NCBI GenBank assembly: GCA_963716725.1
Contig: CAVQUB010000034.1
Coordinates: 64,001 to 128,000 of the forward strand
Source of the DNA: an uncultured delta proteobacterium
GTDB lineage: Bacteria; Myxococcota_A; Polyangia; Polyangiales; Polyangiaceae
Reading direction: 5' to 3'
Length of the DNA stretch: 64,000 nucleotides
Both the position numbers and the translations under genes were made by a program. Under the pieces are notes generated by a model. It was not told where the DNA came from, made no database searches, and saw only the letters and a list, made by a program, of their open reading frames with translations. Shown here one piece after another: positions 38,824-48,290 of this stretch (its first letter is position 1; each line of letters opens with the position of its first letter).

Positions 38824-39076
38824 GTGAAGACGACGCTCGAGCTTCGAGACGACCTGCTGCGACGTGCCAAGGCCCTGGCGCTCGCCCGAGGAATGACCTT
38901 GAAAGAGCTGTTCACGGAGGCGCTCGAGGAGCGAGTGGGCCGGGCCGCCAGCCAGGGAGGGCCCGCGTGGAAGGACCTCAGCGGGAACCTCGAGATCGCT
39001 TCGGACCGAAACCGCGAAGCTGCAGGCGCGCGTGGACGCCGAGTTCGAGCAAGTGGACGAGGACGACTCTCGATGA
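38824..39076 (+). CDS. vapB: VapB-like antitoxin with a +1 frameshift (~38992) that fuses it to VapC as assembled
   Basis: MKTTLELRDDLLRRAK RHH-like N-terminus; the acidic tail RSLRTETAKLQARVDAEFEQVDEDDSR* lies in another frame and ends in an ATGA overlap. Confidence 0.8.
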
Positions 39077-39450
39077 TCCTCGACACGAACGCGGTGTCCG
39101 CGCTCGCAGATGGAGTCCCGGCGTTCGAAGCCGCCGCTGGCAACGTTCACCGCTTCAGTATCCCCGTCGTCGTGCTCGGGGAGTTCTCGTTTGGGGCGCG
39201 CCGATCGCGCCATCGAGTGAAGTACACGAAGTGGCTCGCCCAATTGGTCGAGGTGTCGAGCGTGCTCGACGTCGATCGTGAGACGGCGCTGCACTACGCC
39301 GCTGTTCGCGAAGCGCTTCGCCGTCGGGGTCGCCCGATCCCCTCCAACGATGCGTGGATTGCCGCGCTGGCGTTGCAGCACGAGCTTGCCGTGCTCAGTC
39401 GAGACGCTCACTTCGACGAAGTGGCCGGGGTGCGCCGGGTGGGGTGGTGA
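39073..39450 (+). CDS. vapC: VapC PIN-domain toxin
   Basis: MILDTNAVS, VVLGE, IPSNDAWIAA, SRDAHF. Confidence 0.93.
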   Translation: MILDTNAVSALADGVPAFEAAAGNVHRFSIPVVVLGEFSFGARRSRHRVKYTKWLAQLVEVSSVLDVDRETALHYAAVREALRRRGRPIPSNDAWIAALALQHELAVLSRDAHFDEVAGVRRVGW

Positions 39451-39585
39451 GCGGCTGCTTCTGAGCCGGCGCTGCCCCCGTTCGACCCTGCTTCCGGGAT
39501 TCGACCTCGCCGTCCCGACGCTCTGGCCCAGCGAAATCCGAAGCCTCTTGCGCTCGGCCCCGAGCCGGGTATGGATGGCGCCGCC

Positions 39586-39720
39586 ATGGAGCCCGGAATC
39601 GTCACCCTCGCGAAAATCGTCGGCCTGCTCGCCTGCGCCATCAGCATCATCCCGCTGGTGTTCGTGTTCTCGCCCGGCAAGCGCGACGAGCCGACGGACA
39701 ACCTCGCCGGCCTCGAGTGA
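39586..39720 (+). CDS. 44-aa single-TM small protein (below ORF-track cutoff)
   Basis: MEPGIVTLAKIVGLLACAISIIPLVFVFSPGKRDEPTDNLAGLE*; GC3-biased codons. Confidence 0.55.
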   Translation: MEPGIVTLAKIVGLLACAISIIPLVFVFSPGKRDEPTDNLAGLE

Positions 39721-39787
39721 GGGCCTTCCGCGGCTAGCGTTCAGGCGACGCGGGCACCTCTCGGCGCCCTGCGCTAGGGTCGGCCTC

Positions 39788-42097
39788 GTGAGGCTCGCGT
39801 ACAGCACGGCTCTGTTGGCATTGGTCGCGTCGCTGTCGCCGCGTGCGTGGGCGCAGGCTCAGCCGCACCGCTCGGCCAACGAGCTCGTGTCGTCGAACGG
39901 CCGCGCGGTCGTCGGCTTCGACGTCGCGCAGCAGCGCATCACCGCCTTCCTCGAGCATCCGTACCGACAGCGCAGCAACGGAGCCGAGACCCGCGACCTG
40001 GCCTTCGACGTGTATCCGGGCGTGCGCGTCGGGTCCTCGGGCAAGTGGCTGGGCGAGGTCGCGCCCAGCAGCGTGGGCTACGAGACGGGCACCGGAATCA
40101 TTCGCGTGACGCGCAGCCACGCGGGACTCGAGATCGACGAGTACATCTTCTCGCCCATCGATCTGCCGGAGCACGCCTTCGTGCAACTCGTGCGCGTGAA
40201 GCGTCTGAGCGGCTCGGGAGCCGTGGATGTCTACGGTCTGTTCAACTTCCACCTCGGAGCGGGCTCACCCGTGCCGACGTCGGCGCAAGAGACCATCTCG
40301 TGGGACGCCGCGCGGGACGCGTTCATGGAGTGGGGGCCGAGCGGGCTGACGCTCGGTTACGGCGGCATCGGCGCGTCGGCGCACCACGCGGTGAGCCCAC
40401 AGAACCCCTACCCCGCGCTCACCGCGGGACAAAACCTCGCTGACAACGCCGGCACCGGCGGCGCCTTCGATGACGCGGTGGGCGGCCTGCAGTGGTCACT
40501 CGGTGACATCGCGGTGGGCGACACCAAGTGGAGCGGCAGCTACGTGGTGCTCGACGACAAGAGCAACGTCTTGCCGCGCATCGACGCGGTGAAGACCTGG
40601 ATCGGAACGAAGACCCCGGATCAGATCCTCGCGGCGGAGAAAGCCGCCTGGGCGGGCTGGCACACGCCGGTGCCGAGCGGCCTCGGCTCGACCGAAGATC
40701 CGCTCTACCGCCAGCAGATGGCCATCCTGCGCATGGGACAGGTGCGTGAGCCCGGCAAGGGCGACGGGCAGATCTTGGCCAGCCTGCCGCCCGGCATGTG
40801 GAACATCTCGTGGGTGCGCGACATGTCCTACGCGGTCGCCGCCTTGGCCAAGAGCGGACATTCGGCCGAGGCCAAGCGCGCCATCGAGTTCCAGCTGGGC
40901 GCCGACTCGGGCAAGTACCAGAGCTACGTCGGGCACCCGTATCAGATCTCGATCACGCGTTACTACGGCGACGGCGTCGAAGAGACCGACAGCAACGAGA
41001 ACGGTCCCAACATCGAGTTCGACGGCTTCGGCTTGTTCCTGTGGACGGTGGGCGAGTACGTCACGGCCAGCAAGGACGACGCGAGCCTGAAGGCATGGTG
41101 GCCGGTGATCAGCGACAAGATCGGCGACGTGCTGGTGAAGCTGCAGGAGCCGAACGGGCTCATCGCCGCTGACTCCTCCATCTGGGAAGTGCACTGGAAC
41201 GGCCAGCAAAAGCACTTCGCCTACACCACCCTGACCGCGGCCGCCGGCCTGTGCTGGGCCGCGAATCTCGCGGAAAAGGTGGGCGACACTGCCCGAGCGG
41301 CGAGCTACCGCGCGGCCGGCAAGAAGTCTCAGGCCGCCCTCATCTCGCACTTGTCGGCGCCCGACGGCACGCTGGCGCAGAGCAGCGAAGATCTCGCCGC
41401 GGGCACGGGCTTCCTCGACGCCGCGGCCATCGAGGCCGTGGGCCTCGGCCTGATCGATCCCAAGGGCAAGGCCGCCAAAGCCACTCTCTCTTCGATGCAG
41501 CAGAAGCTGGTTCCGCCGAGCTTGCGCGGCTTCATGCGCAACGACGACGGCGGTTGGTACGACAGCCAAGAGTGGGTCTTCGTGGATCTGCGCGCGGTGA
41601 ACGTGATGCAGCTCGGGGCGAACCCCGCCTCCAAGGATCTCTTGGGTTGGATCACCGCGCAGGGCACCGAGAACTTCGGGCTGATCTCCGAACTGCACGA
41701 GGCCACCACCGCCGACTACAAAGGCGAGATGCCGATGGTGGGCTTCGGCGCTGGCGCGTACTCGATCGCGCTGATGGATCGCGGCTCGACCTCACTCCCG
41801 CTGCCCTGCGGAGAGTACGCCGCCGAGGGCGGAGGCGGGTCGGGCACCGGCGGCGCCGCCGGAAGTGGCGGCGGCGCGGGCAACGCAGGCAGCGGTGGCA
41901 CCAGCAGTGGCGGCGCGAGCAGCGGCGGCACGAGCAGCGGTGGCTCGGGGGCCGGCGGCTCGAAGTCGAGCGGTGGCGACGACGACGGCGGCTGCGGCTG
42001 CCGCGCGCCCGGACGGTCGAGCGCGTCGGCGCTGGGCGCGTTGTTGCTCGCTTTGGCCGCAGCCGGGCTCCGACGTGCGCGTCGTCGCGCGCCCTGA
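39788..42097 (+). CDS. GH15-like glucoamylase/glucodextranase with MYXO-CTERM anchor
   Basis: Signal peptide; SWVRD, DSSIWE, LISE motifs; Gly linker; GGCGC + hydrophobic stretch + RRARRR tail. Confidence 0.82.
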   Translation: MRLAYSTALLALVASLSPRAWAQAQPHRSANELVSSNGRAVVGFDVAQQRITAFLEHPYRQRSNGAETRDLAFDVYPGVRVGSSGKWLGEVAPSSVGYETGTGIIRVTRSHAGLEIDEYIFSPIDLPEHAFVQLVRVKRLSGSGAVDVYGLFNFHLGAGSPVPTSAQETISWDAARDAFMEWGPSGLTLGYGGIGASAHHAVSPQNPYPALTAGQNLADNAGTGGAFDDAVGGLQWSLGDIAVGDTKWSGSYVVLDDKSNVLPRIDAVKTWIGTKTPDQILAAEKAAWAGWHTPVPSGLGSTEDPLYRQQMAILRMGQVREPGKGDGQILASLPPGMWNISWVRDMSYAVAALAKSGHSAEAKRAIEFQLGADSGKYQSYVGHPYQISITRYYGDGVEETDSNENGPNIEFDGFGLFLWTVGEYVTASKDDASLKAWWPVISDKIGDVLVKLQEPNGLIAADSSIWEVHWNGQQKHFAYTTLTAAAGLCWAANLAEKVGDTARAASYRAAGKKSQAALISHLSAPDGTLAQSSEDLAAGTGFLDAAAIEAVGLGLIDPKGKAAKATLSSMQQKLVPPSLRGFMRNDDGGWYDSQEWVFVDLRAVNVMQLGANPASKDLLGWITAQGTENFGLISELHEATTADYKGEMPMVGFGAGAYSIALMDRGSTSLPLPCGEYAAEGGGGSGTGGAAGSGGGAGNAGSGGTSSGGASSGGTSSGGSGAGGSKSSGGDDDGGCGCRAPGRSSASALGALLLALAAAGLRRARRRAP

Positions 42098-42135
42098 CCT
42101 CGAGCCGCGATTCGAGCTACCCTCGTCGCCGAGTC

Positions 42136-44463
42136 ATGCGGCGCTTCACTCCCCTCGCCTTGGTCGTTCTCGTCACCATGGGTCTCGGCACGGCCAGCTG
42201 CGCCGACGACGCTGAGGAAGCCAAGCCCGCCTTCGGCGGCGGCGGGTCGGGAGGCTCCGGGGGATCGGGCGGCGGCGGCGCGGGCGGCGTCACTGGCGGC
42301 AGCGGTGGCGCGGGCGGCACCACCAGCAACGTGCTCTGCACGACGGAGCTGCGCTTCAAGCCCGACGCCGGTGTGGCGGTGAGCACCGTCGAGGCCGCGG
42401 GCGAGTGGAACGGCTTCGACACCAAGCAGACCGTTCAACTCGAGGGACCGGACGCCAGCGGCTACTACACCGGCAGCGTGCAGACCGCGCCGGGGCTCTG
42501 GGGCTACAAGCTGATCCTCGACGGCAACAACTGGGTGCTCGATCCCGGTCAGGGCTATCGCAAATACGTCGGCGGCACCGAAAACTCGGGCCTGCGCGTG
42601 CGCGACTGCAGCCTGCCGCGGCTCACCGCGTCGTCCACTGCGGTCAGTCGGCCGAGCGCCGGTGCAGGCAAGTTCGAAGCGAAGCTTGGCTTCGTGCCCT
42701 CTATCGGCGGCGACGCGCTCGACGCGAAAGGCGTGACCGCGAAGCTCATGCATCACGGTACCGAGACGGACGTGACGAAGAGCGTGACCGCTGCCGGCAG
42801 TGATCTCAGCGCGGCGCTCGGCAGTCTCGCCGACGGAAAATACACGCTCACGCTGAGCGTGGCGGACGCGAAGGGCAAGCTCTCGGAGCCGCTGCTCCTG
42901 GTGTTCTGGGTCGAGGCCGAGAAGTTCGAATGGTCGGACGCGCTGGTCTACATGATCATGACCGACCGCTTCAAGAACGGCGACAAGACCAACGACGCGC
43001 CCAAGACCAGCGGCGTGCAAGACGTACGCGGCGATTTTCAGGGCGGCGATCTCGAGGGCGTGAGGCAGAAGATCGCCGACGGCACCCTCGACAAGCTCGG
43101 CGTACGGGCGATCTGGATGACGCCCTTCCAGCAGAACCCCGCCGGCGCCTACCTCGCCTCGGACAACTTCCACCAGGTCACGGGCTATCACGGCTACTGG
43201 CCCATCAAGGCGCGCGAGGTCGACGCGCGCATCGGTGGCAACGCCGCGCTGCACGCCCTGGTGAAGGAGGCCCACTCCCACGGCATCCGCATCTTGATGG
43301 ACTACGTGGTGAACCACGTGCACGAAGAGCACGAGTACTACAAGCAGAACCCCGACTGGTTTCGCACCGGCTGCGTCTGTGGCACCTCGAACTGCGACTG
43401 GACCGAGAAGCGCCTGGACTGTCTGTTCACCCCGTACTTGCCCGACGTGAACTGGACGGTGCACGCAGCCGCCGAGCAGTTCACCGACGACGCGCTGTGG
43501 TGGATGGAAGAGTTCGACCTCGATGGCCTGCGCGTGGACGCGGTCAAGCACGTCGAGGACATCGCCATCCGCAACATCTCCACGCGCCTGAAGGACGAGC
43601 TCGAGATCGCCGGCACCACCTATTTTCAGATGGGCGAGACGGCAATGGGCTGGAGCGACTGCGGCGTCGACTGCAACAAGAGCCAGTACGGCACCATCAG
43701 CCAGTACATCGGGCCCTTCGGCCTCGATGGGCAGTTCGACTTCGTGCTCTATCACGGCGTGCCGTACCGGGTGTTCGCCTACGACGAGAAGGGCCTGATC
43801 CACGCCGACTACTGGACGCAGCAGAGCCAGCTTCAGTACCCGGCGGGCGCGGTCATGACGCCGTTCATCGGCAGCCACGACTCGGCGCGCTTCGTGACGC
43901 TCGCGACCTATCGCGGCCAGCCGGGCTACGACAAGGGCGTTCCCGGCAATCAGTGGAACGACGTGGCGGGCGCCCCGCCGGACGCCGAACCCTACGCGCG
44001 CCACGCGCTGGCGTTGTCGTGGCTCTTCGGCCTGCCCGGCGCGCCGCTGCTCTACTACGGCGACGAGTACGGCGAGTGGGGCGGCGCAGATCCGGGCAAC
44101 CGCGCGTTCTGGCGCGGCGACGGCACGCTCTCGGCCAACGAGGCCGCTGTGCTCGATCGCACGCGCAAGCTCGGAGCCGCACGCCGAGAGCTGGTCGCGC
44201 TCCGTCGCGGCGCGTATCGCAGCCTGCACGCCACCGAGAACTTCCTGGCCTTCGCCCGCGAGACCAAAGAAGGCAAGGTCGCCATCGTGGCGCTCTCACG
44301 CGACGCGGGTCCGACCACCACCGAGGTCACGCTGCCGCTGACCTTGCCGCTGACGAACGGCACCGCGCTCAGCGATCGGCTCGGCGGCGCAGCCGTCACC
44401 GTCACCGGTGGCAAGTTGTCGATCTCGCTGCCGGGACGCGGCGCGGCGATCTTGGCGCCGTGA
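42136..44463 (+). CDS. GH13 alpha-amylase lipoprotein with N-terminal CBM48-like domain
   Basis: Lipobox TASC; AGEWNGF..YKLILDG..W..DP; DRFKNGD, YHGYW, DYVVNH, DGLRVDAVKH, SHD, YYGDE. Confidence 0.92.
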   Translation: MRRFTPLALVVLVTMGLGTASCADDAEEAKPAFGGGGSGGSGGSGGGGAGGVTGGSGGAGGTTSNVLCTTELRFKPDAGVAVSTVEAAGEWNGFDTKQTVQLEGPDASGYYTGSVQTAPGLWGYKLILDGNNWVLDPGQGYRKYVGGTENSGLRVRDCSLPRLTASSTAVSRPSAGAGKFEAKLGFVPSIGGDALDAKGVTAKLMHHGTETDVTKSVTAAGSDLSAALGSLADGKYTLTLSVADAKGKLSEPLLLVFWVEAEKFEWSDALVYMIMTDRFKNGDKTNDAPKTSGVQDVRGDFQGGDLEGVRQKIADGTLDKLGVRAIWMTPFQQNPAGAYLASDNFHQVTGYHGYWPIKAREVDARIGGNAALHALVKEAHSHGIRILMDYVVNHVHEEHEYYKQNPDWFRTGCVCGTSNCDWTEKRLDCLFTPYLPDVNWTVHAAAEQFTDDALWWMEEFDLDGLRVDAVKHVEDIAIRNISTRLKDELEIAGTTYFQMGETAMGWSDCGVDCNKSQYGTISQYIGPFGLDGQFDFVLYHGVPYRVFAYDEKGLIHADYWTQQSQLQYPAGAVMTPFIGSHDSARFVTLATYRGQPGYDKGVPGNQWNDVAGAPPDAEPYARHALALSWLFGLPGAPLLYYGDEYGEWGGADPGNRAFWRGDGTLSANEAAVLDRTRKLGAARRELVALRRGAYRSLHATENFLAFARETKEGKVAIVALSRDAGPTTTEVTLPLTLPLTNGTALSDRLGGAAVTVTGGKLSISLPGRGAAILAP

Positions 44464-44681
44464 GCTGCGCTGGGGCCGGCGCCGCTGCCGGCGGGACTGG
44501 ACGCCACTCGGAGGAACTACCGGCCTTCGACGGGGTGATCGCCGTGATCGCCTCGTCAGGCGGCTTCACCCGACTTCGGCGGCGTCCACTCTAGACGCAA
44601 CCGCTTCTGATGTACGGCGCAGTCTCGCAGATAGAGATTGATTAGCGTTTGGTAGGGGATCGCGGTTCGCCCCCCGAAACC

Positions 44682-45455
44682 TCAATTGCAGGACGAGGCC
44701 CCGCAGTAGGTCCAGCACGCGTCGGTGTCCCCGAGGGAGCAGGCCTTGGAAGCACGCGCGTCGTTCTGCTTCAGCTGCTGCAGGTAGGCGTCGTCGCCGT
44801 CATCGTCGGCCGCGCCGGCCTTGGCCTTCATGGAGTCGCCGCCCTTCTTGCCGTAGCCCACGCCCCAGTCCGAACCGTCACAGACCGGGCCTTGTCCCAG
44901 CGCAACGTGCATGGGCTTGTCCTTGGTCGGAGGCCAGTTGACGAACAACGAGGCCCGGTCGTCCTCCCGGCAGACGCGGATCTTGGGGTAGTGGCCCTTC
45001 TTGAGCCGGATCACGAATGACGCGTACTTCCCGGCGACGATCTTCTCGTAGTAGTCGACGCCGATCTGGCCGAAGTCTTCCTTCTTCTCGTAGCCGATCA
45101 CCTTGCCCGTGCAGTAGATGTTCAGCCATTCGCGCAGCACGAACATGCTGCAGCGCTTGCCGCGAGAGTTTGCGCCCTGGGTGTTCACGGCGACGCCCTG
45201 ATCCCACTCGATGCCTTGGGGCGGGTTGGATTTTTCGCTGGGGATTTCGGGGACGTCGCCCACCTTGAAGCTGGGAGGTTTGCTGGGTGGCGTGGGCGCC
45301 GCTCCGGTGTCGGCGGGCGCTGCCGCCGTGCCGGTGGCGACCGGCGACGGAGCGGCGGGCTTGGTCTCCCCCGTCGGCGTGGACTCGTTGCTCCTCTTGC
45401 AGGCCAACAAGGTGAGTGCCAACACCAAGGTCATCTGGAGTGCAGAGCGTTGCAT
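44682..45455 (-). CDS. Hypothetical lipoprotein
   Basis: SD AAGGA; lipobox LLAC; Pro-rich linker; CSMFVLREWL. Confidence 0.72.
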   Translation of the reverse strand: MQRSALQMTLVLALTLLACKRSNESTPTGETKPAAPSPVATGTAAAPADTGAAPTPPSKPPSFKVGDVPEIPSEKSNPPQGIEWDQGVAVNTQGANSRGKRCSMFVLREWLNIYCTGKVIGYEKKEDFGQIGVDYYEKIVAGKYASFVIRLKKGHYPKIRVCREDDRASLFVNWPPTKDKPMHVALGQGPVCDGSDWGVGYGKKGGDSMKAKAGAADDDGDDAYLQQLKQNDARASKACSLGDTDACWTYCGASSCN

Positions 45456-45561
45456 GCGTCGTAGTTCCTTTTCTGCCGAGACGAACGATTCCGGGCACGA
45501 TACCAGAGACCGCAGCGAGCGCTGCATCAAGATCGACCTTCGCTTGTGGCATACTGCCGCG

Positions 45562-46275
45562 ATGCAATCGCGGATTTGGCCTGGGGTGCTCGCCGCGTCT
45601 CTCATCACCAGCGCCGCCGGCGCAGATCTGCCGCCGCCAGATGGGATGAAGCAGGTTGGTTACGCTTTCCAGGTGAACGGGCTCAGGGGCTTCGGAGATT
45701 GGGTGCTGCTCGGGTTCCCGATGCGCGCGCCCGCCGGCAACGCCACCCACGGGTTCACGCCGGTCGAAGACGGCAAGCGCACGCGCGTCGATCGGCGCAA
45801 CGGCACCCCGAAGTTCTACGCGATGAAGAAACAAGCGTACGAACCCTGGCTCACGAAGTACCAACCCGCTGCCGATCCGAACCGCGATCCGGCCCTGGAC
45901 GCGCTCTTCGCCAGCGCCCAGGTGGTGGCGTGCAACCTGAGCCCTCGACCCCTCAACCTAATCCGCAAAGAAGATCCGCGAAGCGAGATCGTCGAGACCT
46001 TTCGAGTCAAGGCGCTCACCAGCACGAACTGCGAGCTCGAGCTCACCTCCGGGACGCCCCCGACCGCTGATCCGAGCGCGGCCCCGACCGGCTCGCCGCC
46101 CGCGTCCGCCGCGCCGGCGACGAGCCCCACGAACTCCCCGAGCGCAGCGCCGCCGTCGGCCAAGCCGGGTGGTTGCGGCGGCTGCGCGCTGTCGACCCAA
46201 GGCGAATCGGGCGGCAGCGCGCTTGCTCTTTGGCTCGGCGCGCTCGGCTTGCTCCGACGCGCTCGACGGCGCTGA
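45562..46275 (+). CDS. Exported protein with MYXO-CTERM-like anchor
   Basis: Signal ..AGAD-LPPP; GGCGGC + hydrophobic stretch + RRARRR. Confidence 0.78.
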   Translation: MQSRIWPGVLAASLITSAAGADLPPPDGMKQVGYAFQVNGLRGFGDWVLLGFPMRAPAGNATHGFTPVEDGKRTRVDRRNGTPKFYAMKKQAYEPWLTKYQPAADPNRDPALDALFASAQVVACNLSPRPLNLIRKEDPRSEIVETFRVKALTSTNCELELTSGTPPTADPSAAPTGSPPASAAPATSPTNSPSAAPPSAKPGGCGGCALSTQGESGGSALALWLGALGLLRRARRR

Positions 46276-46353
46276 GTTCGGGCGCGTGGCCGTCATTGGC
46301 GCGGGCGACGTTCAGAGCTTGAGGACCGGAGGACCAAGCGCTATCTGAGATCA

Positions 46354-47415
46354 ATGAAGGCTCTCCTTGCCGTCGCGTGTGCGCTCATCTCCGTCGCCTG
46401 CGGCGGCGATTCGGATCCGAGCAAGGGTGGCCCCACGGGTGGGGCTGGTGGAGTGTCTGTGGGCGGCAGCGCAGGCTCCGGCGGCAGCGCAGGCTCCGGC
46501 GGCAGCGCAGGCTCCGGCGGCAGCGCAGGCTCCGGCGGCAGCGCAGGCTCCGGCGGCAGCGCGCCGGGTTGTGCCTTCGAGAAGGCGTCGGGCAGCGGCA
46601 AGCTGTGCGCGGTGTCTCCGTCGGCGATTTCCGCCGGGACCAGCAACGCTTTTGGCTACCACGCCGTTGGCCTGCCGGCAGCGATCACGGCCAGCACTCC
46701 CGTCTACGTGCACTTGGTCGGATCCGGCGGCGATCCGGCGAAACCGGCGACCAAGAGCTTCCCCAACCAACTCTTGATGGACGAGTTGGTCGCCGCCGGG
46801 GTGCTGGTGTTGCTGCCGGCCTACGACAACTTCCCGACCATCGGCTCGCTCTGCAAGAACGACCTCGCATGCTACGAGCCGCTGCGGCGCGAGGTGATGT
46901 ACGGGCAGGCCGCGCCCGCGCCCTACGCGACCCTCAAAGACGTAACGAAGCCCAACGACATCGCCTCGCGTCTGAACTCACTGGTCGCGGCCCTCACGGC
47001 TCAGGGGGCGTTGGGGTCCACGCCCCCGGCCGCACTCGCGGGTGGGAAGTTCGATGCGTCCAAGGCGCGCATCGGCGGCCATTCGCAGGGTGGAGGGCAC
47101 GCTGGGCTGTTCGCGAAGGACACACTGTTCGAACGCTTGTGCATGCTCAGCTCACCCATTGATGCCTCCGACACGGGTGGTGTGGGGGTGGCGGTGCCCT
47201 GGGTGAGCGGAACGTGGGCAACGAAGCTCGGCGCACGTCGGGCCGTGATCCACGAACAGGATCCTGGCTTCATCAAAGCCAAGGCCAACTTCGACGCCAT
47301 GGGGCTGGTCGAAGGGACTCACTGGCAGCGACTCACATGGGCTACGACCGAGGCCCACGCTTCGACCGTCAAAGATGTCGCGGCCGCTGCCGCGCGCGCC
47401 GCGTGCATCCAGTGA
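46354..47415 (+). CDS. Alpha/beta hydrolase lipoprotein
   Basis: Lipobox SVAC; nucleophile elbow GHSQGG; late His (EAHAS). Confidence 0.78.
   Translation: MKALLAVACALISVACGGDSDPSKGGPTGGAGGVSVGGSAGSGGSAGSGGSAGSGGSAGSGGSAGSGGSAPGCAFEKASGSGKLCAVSPSAISAGTSNAFGYHAVGLPAAITASTPVYVHLVGSGGDPAKPATKSFPNQLLMDELVAAGVLVLLPAYDNFPTIGSLCKNDLACYEPLRREVMYGQAAPAPYATLKDVTKPNDIASRLNSLVAALTAQGALGSTPPAALAGGKFDASKARIGGHSQGGGHAGLFAKDTLFERLCMLSSPIDASDTGGVGVAVPWVSGTWATKLGARRAVIHEQDPGFIKAKANFDAMGLVEGTHWQRLTWATTEAHASTVKDVAAAAARAACIQ
46462..46562 (+). repeat. Coding tandem repeat, 18 bp x ~5.6 (GGSAGS)
   Basis: GGCGGCAGCGCAGGCTCC repeated without spacers. Confidence 0.9.
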
Positions 47416-47984
47416 TGGCGAAGTCGGCGCTTGCGGCCGGCGTTGTCGCGCTCGCTGCTGGGTGCGCGAACCCTCACCCGTCGACCACGGTCGTCGAGAC
47501 CGCGCGCTTCGCTTCGATCGACGCCAAGCGCAGTCGCGGAACGACCTGCCACGGCGGAGCACGCTACGATCGCGAGCGCGGTTGCGTGGTCGAGGGTTGG
47601 GGCGTGAACGTCACCATCCGTCATCACGACGCCATGGGTGACGGCTTTCGTCTGATCGGAGCGGCCTACGCCCTCGACGGCGTGCTCTTGCTCGACACCA
47701 ATGACCCCGACCTACTCTCGCGGCGGGACTTCCCCGTGCTCACCAGCCCCTTTCGTCCCGGTCCCCACGAGATCGCGGTGCTGCTTCGCTATCAGGGGCA
47801 CGGCTCTGGGGTCTTCAGCTACCTGTCCGGATACCGCTTCGCCGCGAAGCAAGCGTTCTCCTTCGACGTGCCCTCGACCGGATCCGTCATGGTGGTGGTG
47901 GTGGGAGACGAAGCCGGCGACCCGACGGTACCCCTGGAAGCCCGACCACGAATCCGCCTCACGCGCAGCGCGCCGACCCGCTGA
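47415..47984 (+). CDS. Hypothetical lipoprotein
   Basis: Lipobox AAGC; YALDG, PGPHEI, YQGHGSGVFSYLSGYRF, PLEARP. Confidence 0.72.
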   Translation: MAKSALAAGVVALAAGCANPHPSTTVVETARFASIDAKRSRGTTCHGGARYDRERGCVVEGWGVNVTIRHHDAMGDGFRLIGAAYALDGVLLLDTNDPDLLSRRDFPVLTSPFRPGPHEIAVLLRYQGHGSGVFSYLSGYRFAAKQAFSFDVPSTGSVMVVVVGDEAGDPTVPLEARPRIRLTRSAPTR

Positions 47985-48021
47985 GCGGAACTCGACGCAC
48001 ACTGGGCTATAGTCCAGCGCC

Positions 48022-48288
48022 ATGAAAGCCGTGATCTTCCTGGCTGCTCTGGCAGTCTCCGCCTGCGTCGTGGAGTCGAATACAGCGCACGAGTGGGTGC
48101 GCAAGCGGGCGTCGCAGGACTTCAACTGCCCGATGGGGCAGCTGACCATCTACCACTACACGAACAAGCCCCACGAGAAGGGCGCCGTCGGTTGCGGGAA
48201 GGGCATGGTCTACGTCGAGCAGTGTCAAGGCTCCGACTGCCGCTGGGTCGCCGATCCCAGCCGCGGCGAACCGAAGCGCCCGAAGTGA
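48022..48288 (+). CDS. Small lipoprotein
   Basis: Lipobox VSAC; RASQDFNCP..GCG..Y. Confidence 0.75.
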   Translation: MKAVIFLAALAVSACVVESNTAHEWVRKRASQDFNCPMGQLTIYHYTNKPHEKGAVGCGKGMVYVEQCQGSDCRWVADPSRGEPKRPK

Positions 48289-48290
48289 GC

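Larger units (their letters stand above)
38614..39528 (+). repeat. 40-bp perfect direct repeat (38614-38653 and 39489-39528) flanking vapBC
   Basis: TGCTTCCGGGATTCGACCTCGCCGTCCCGACGCTCTGGCC occurs in the Uma2 3' end and again after vapC. Confidence 0.92.

Noticed and set aside
38815..39450. VapB-VapC single-chain fusion as a novel TA architecture
   Set aside because: Removing one base restores a normal acidic VapB tail with an ATGA overlap; likely an indel error.
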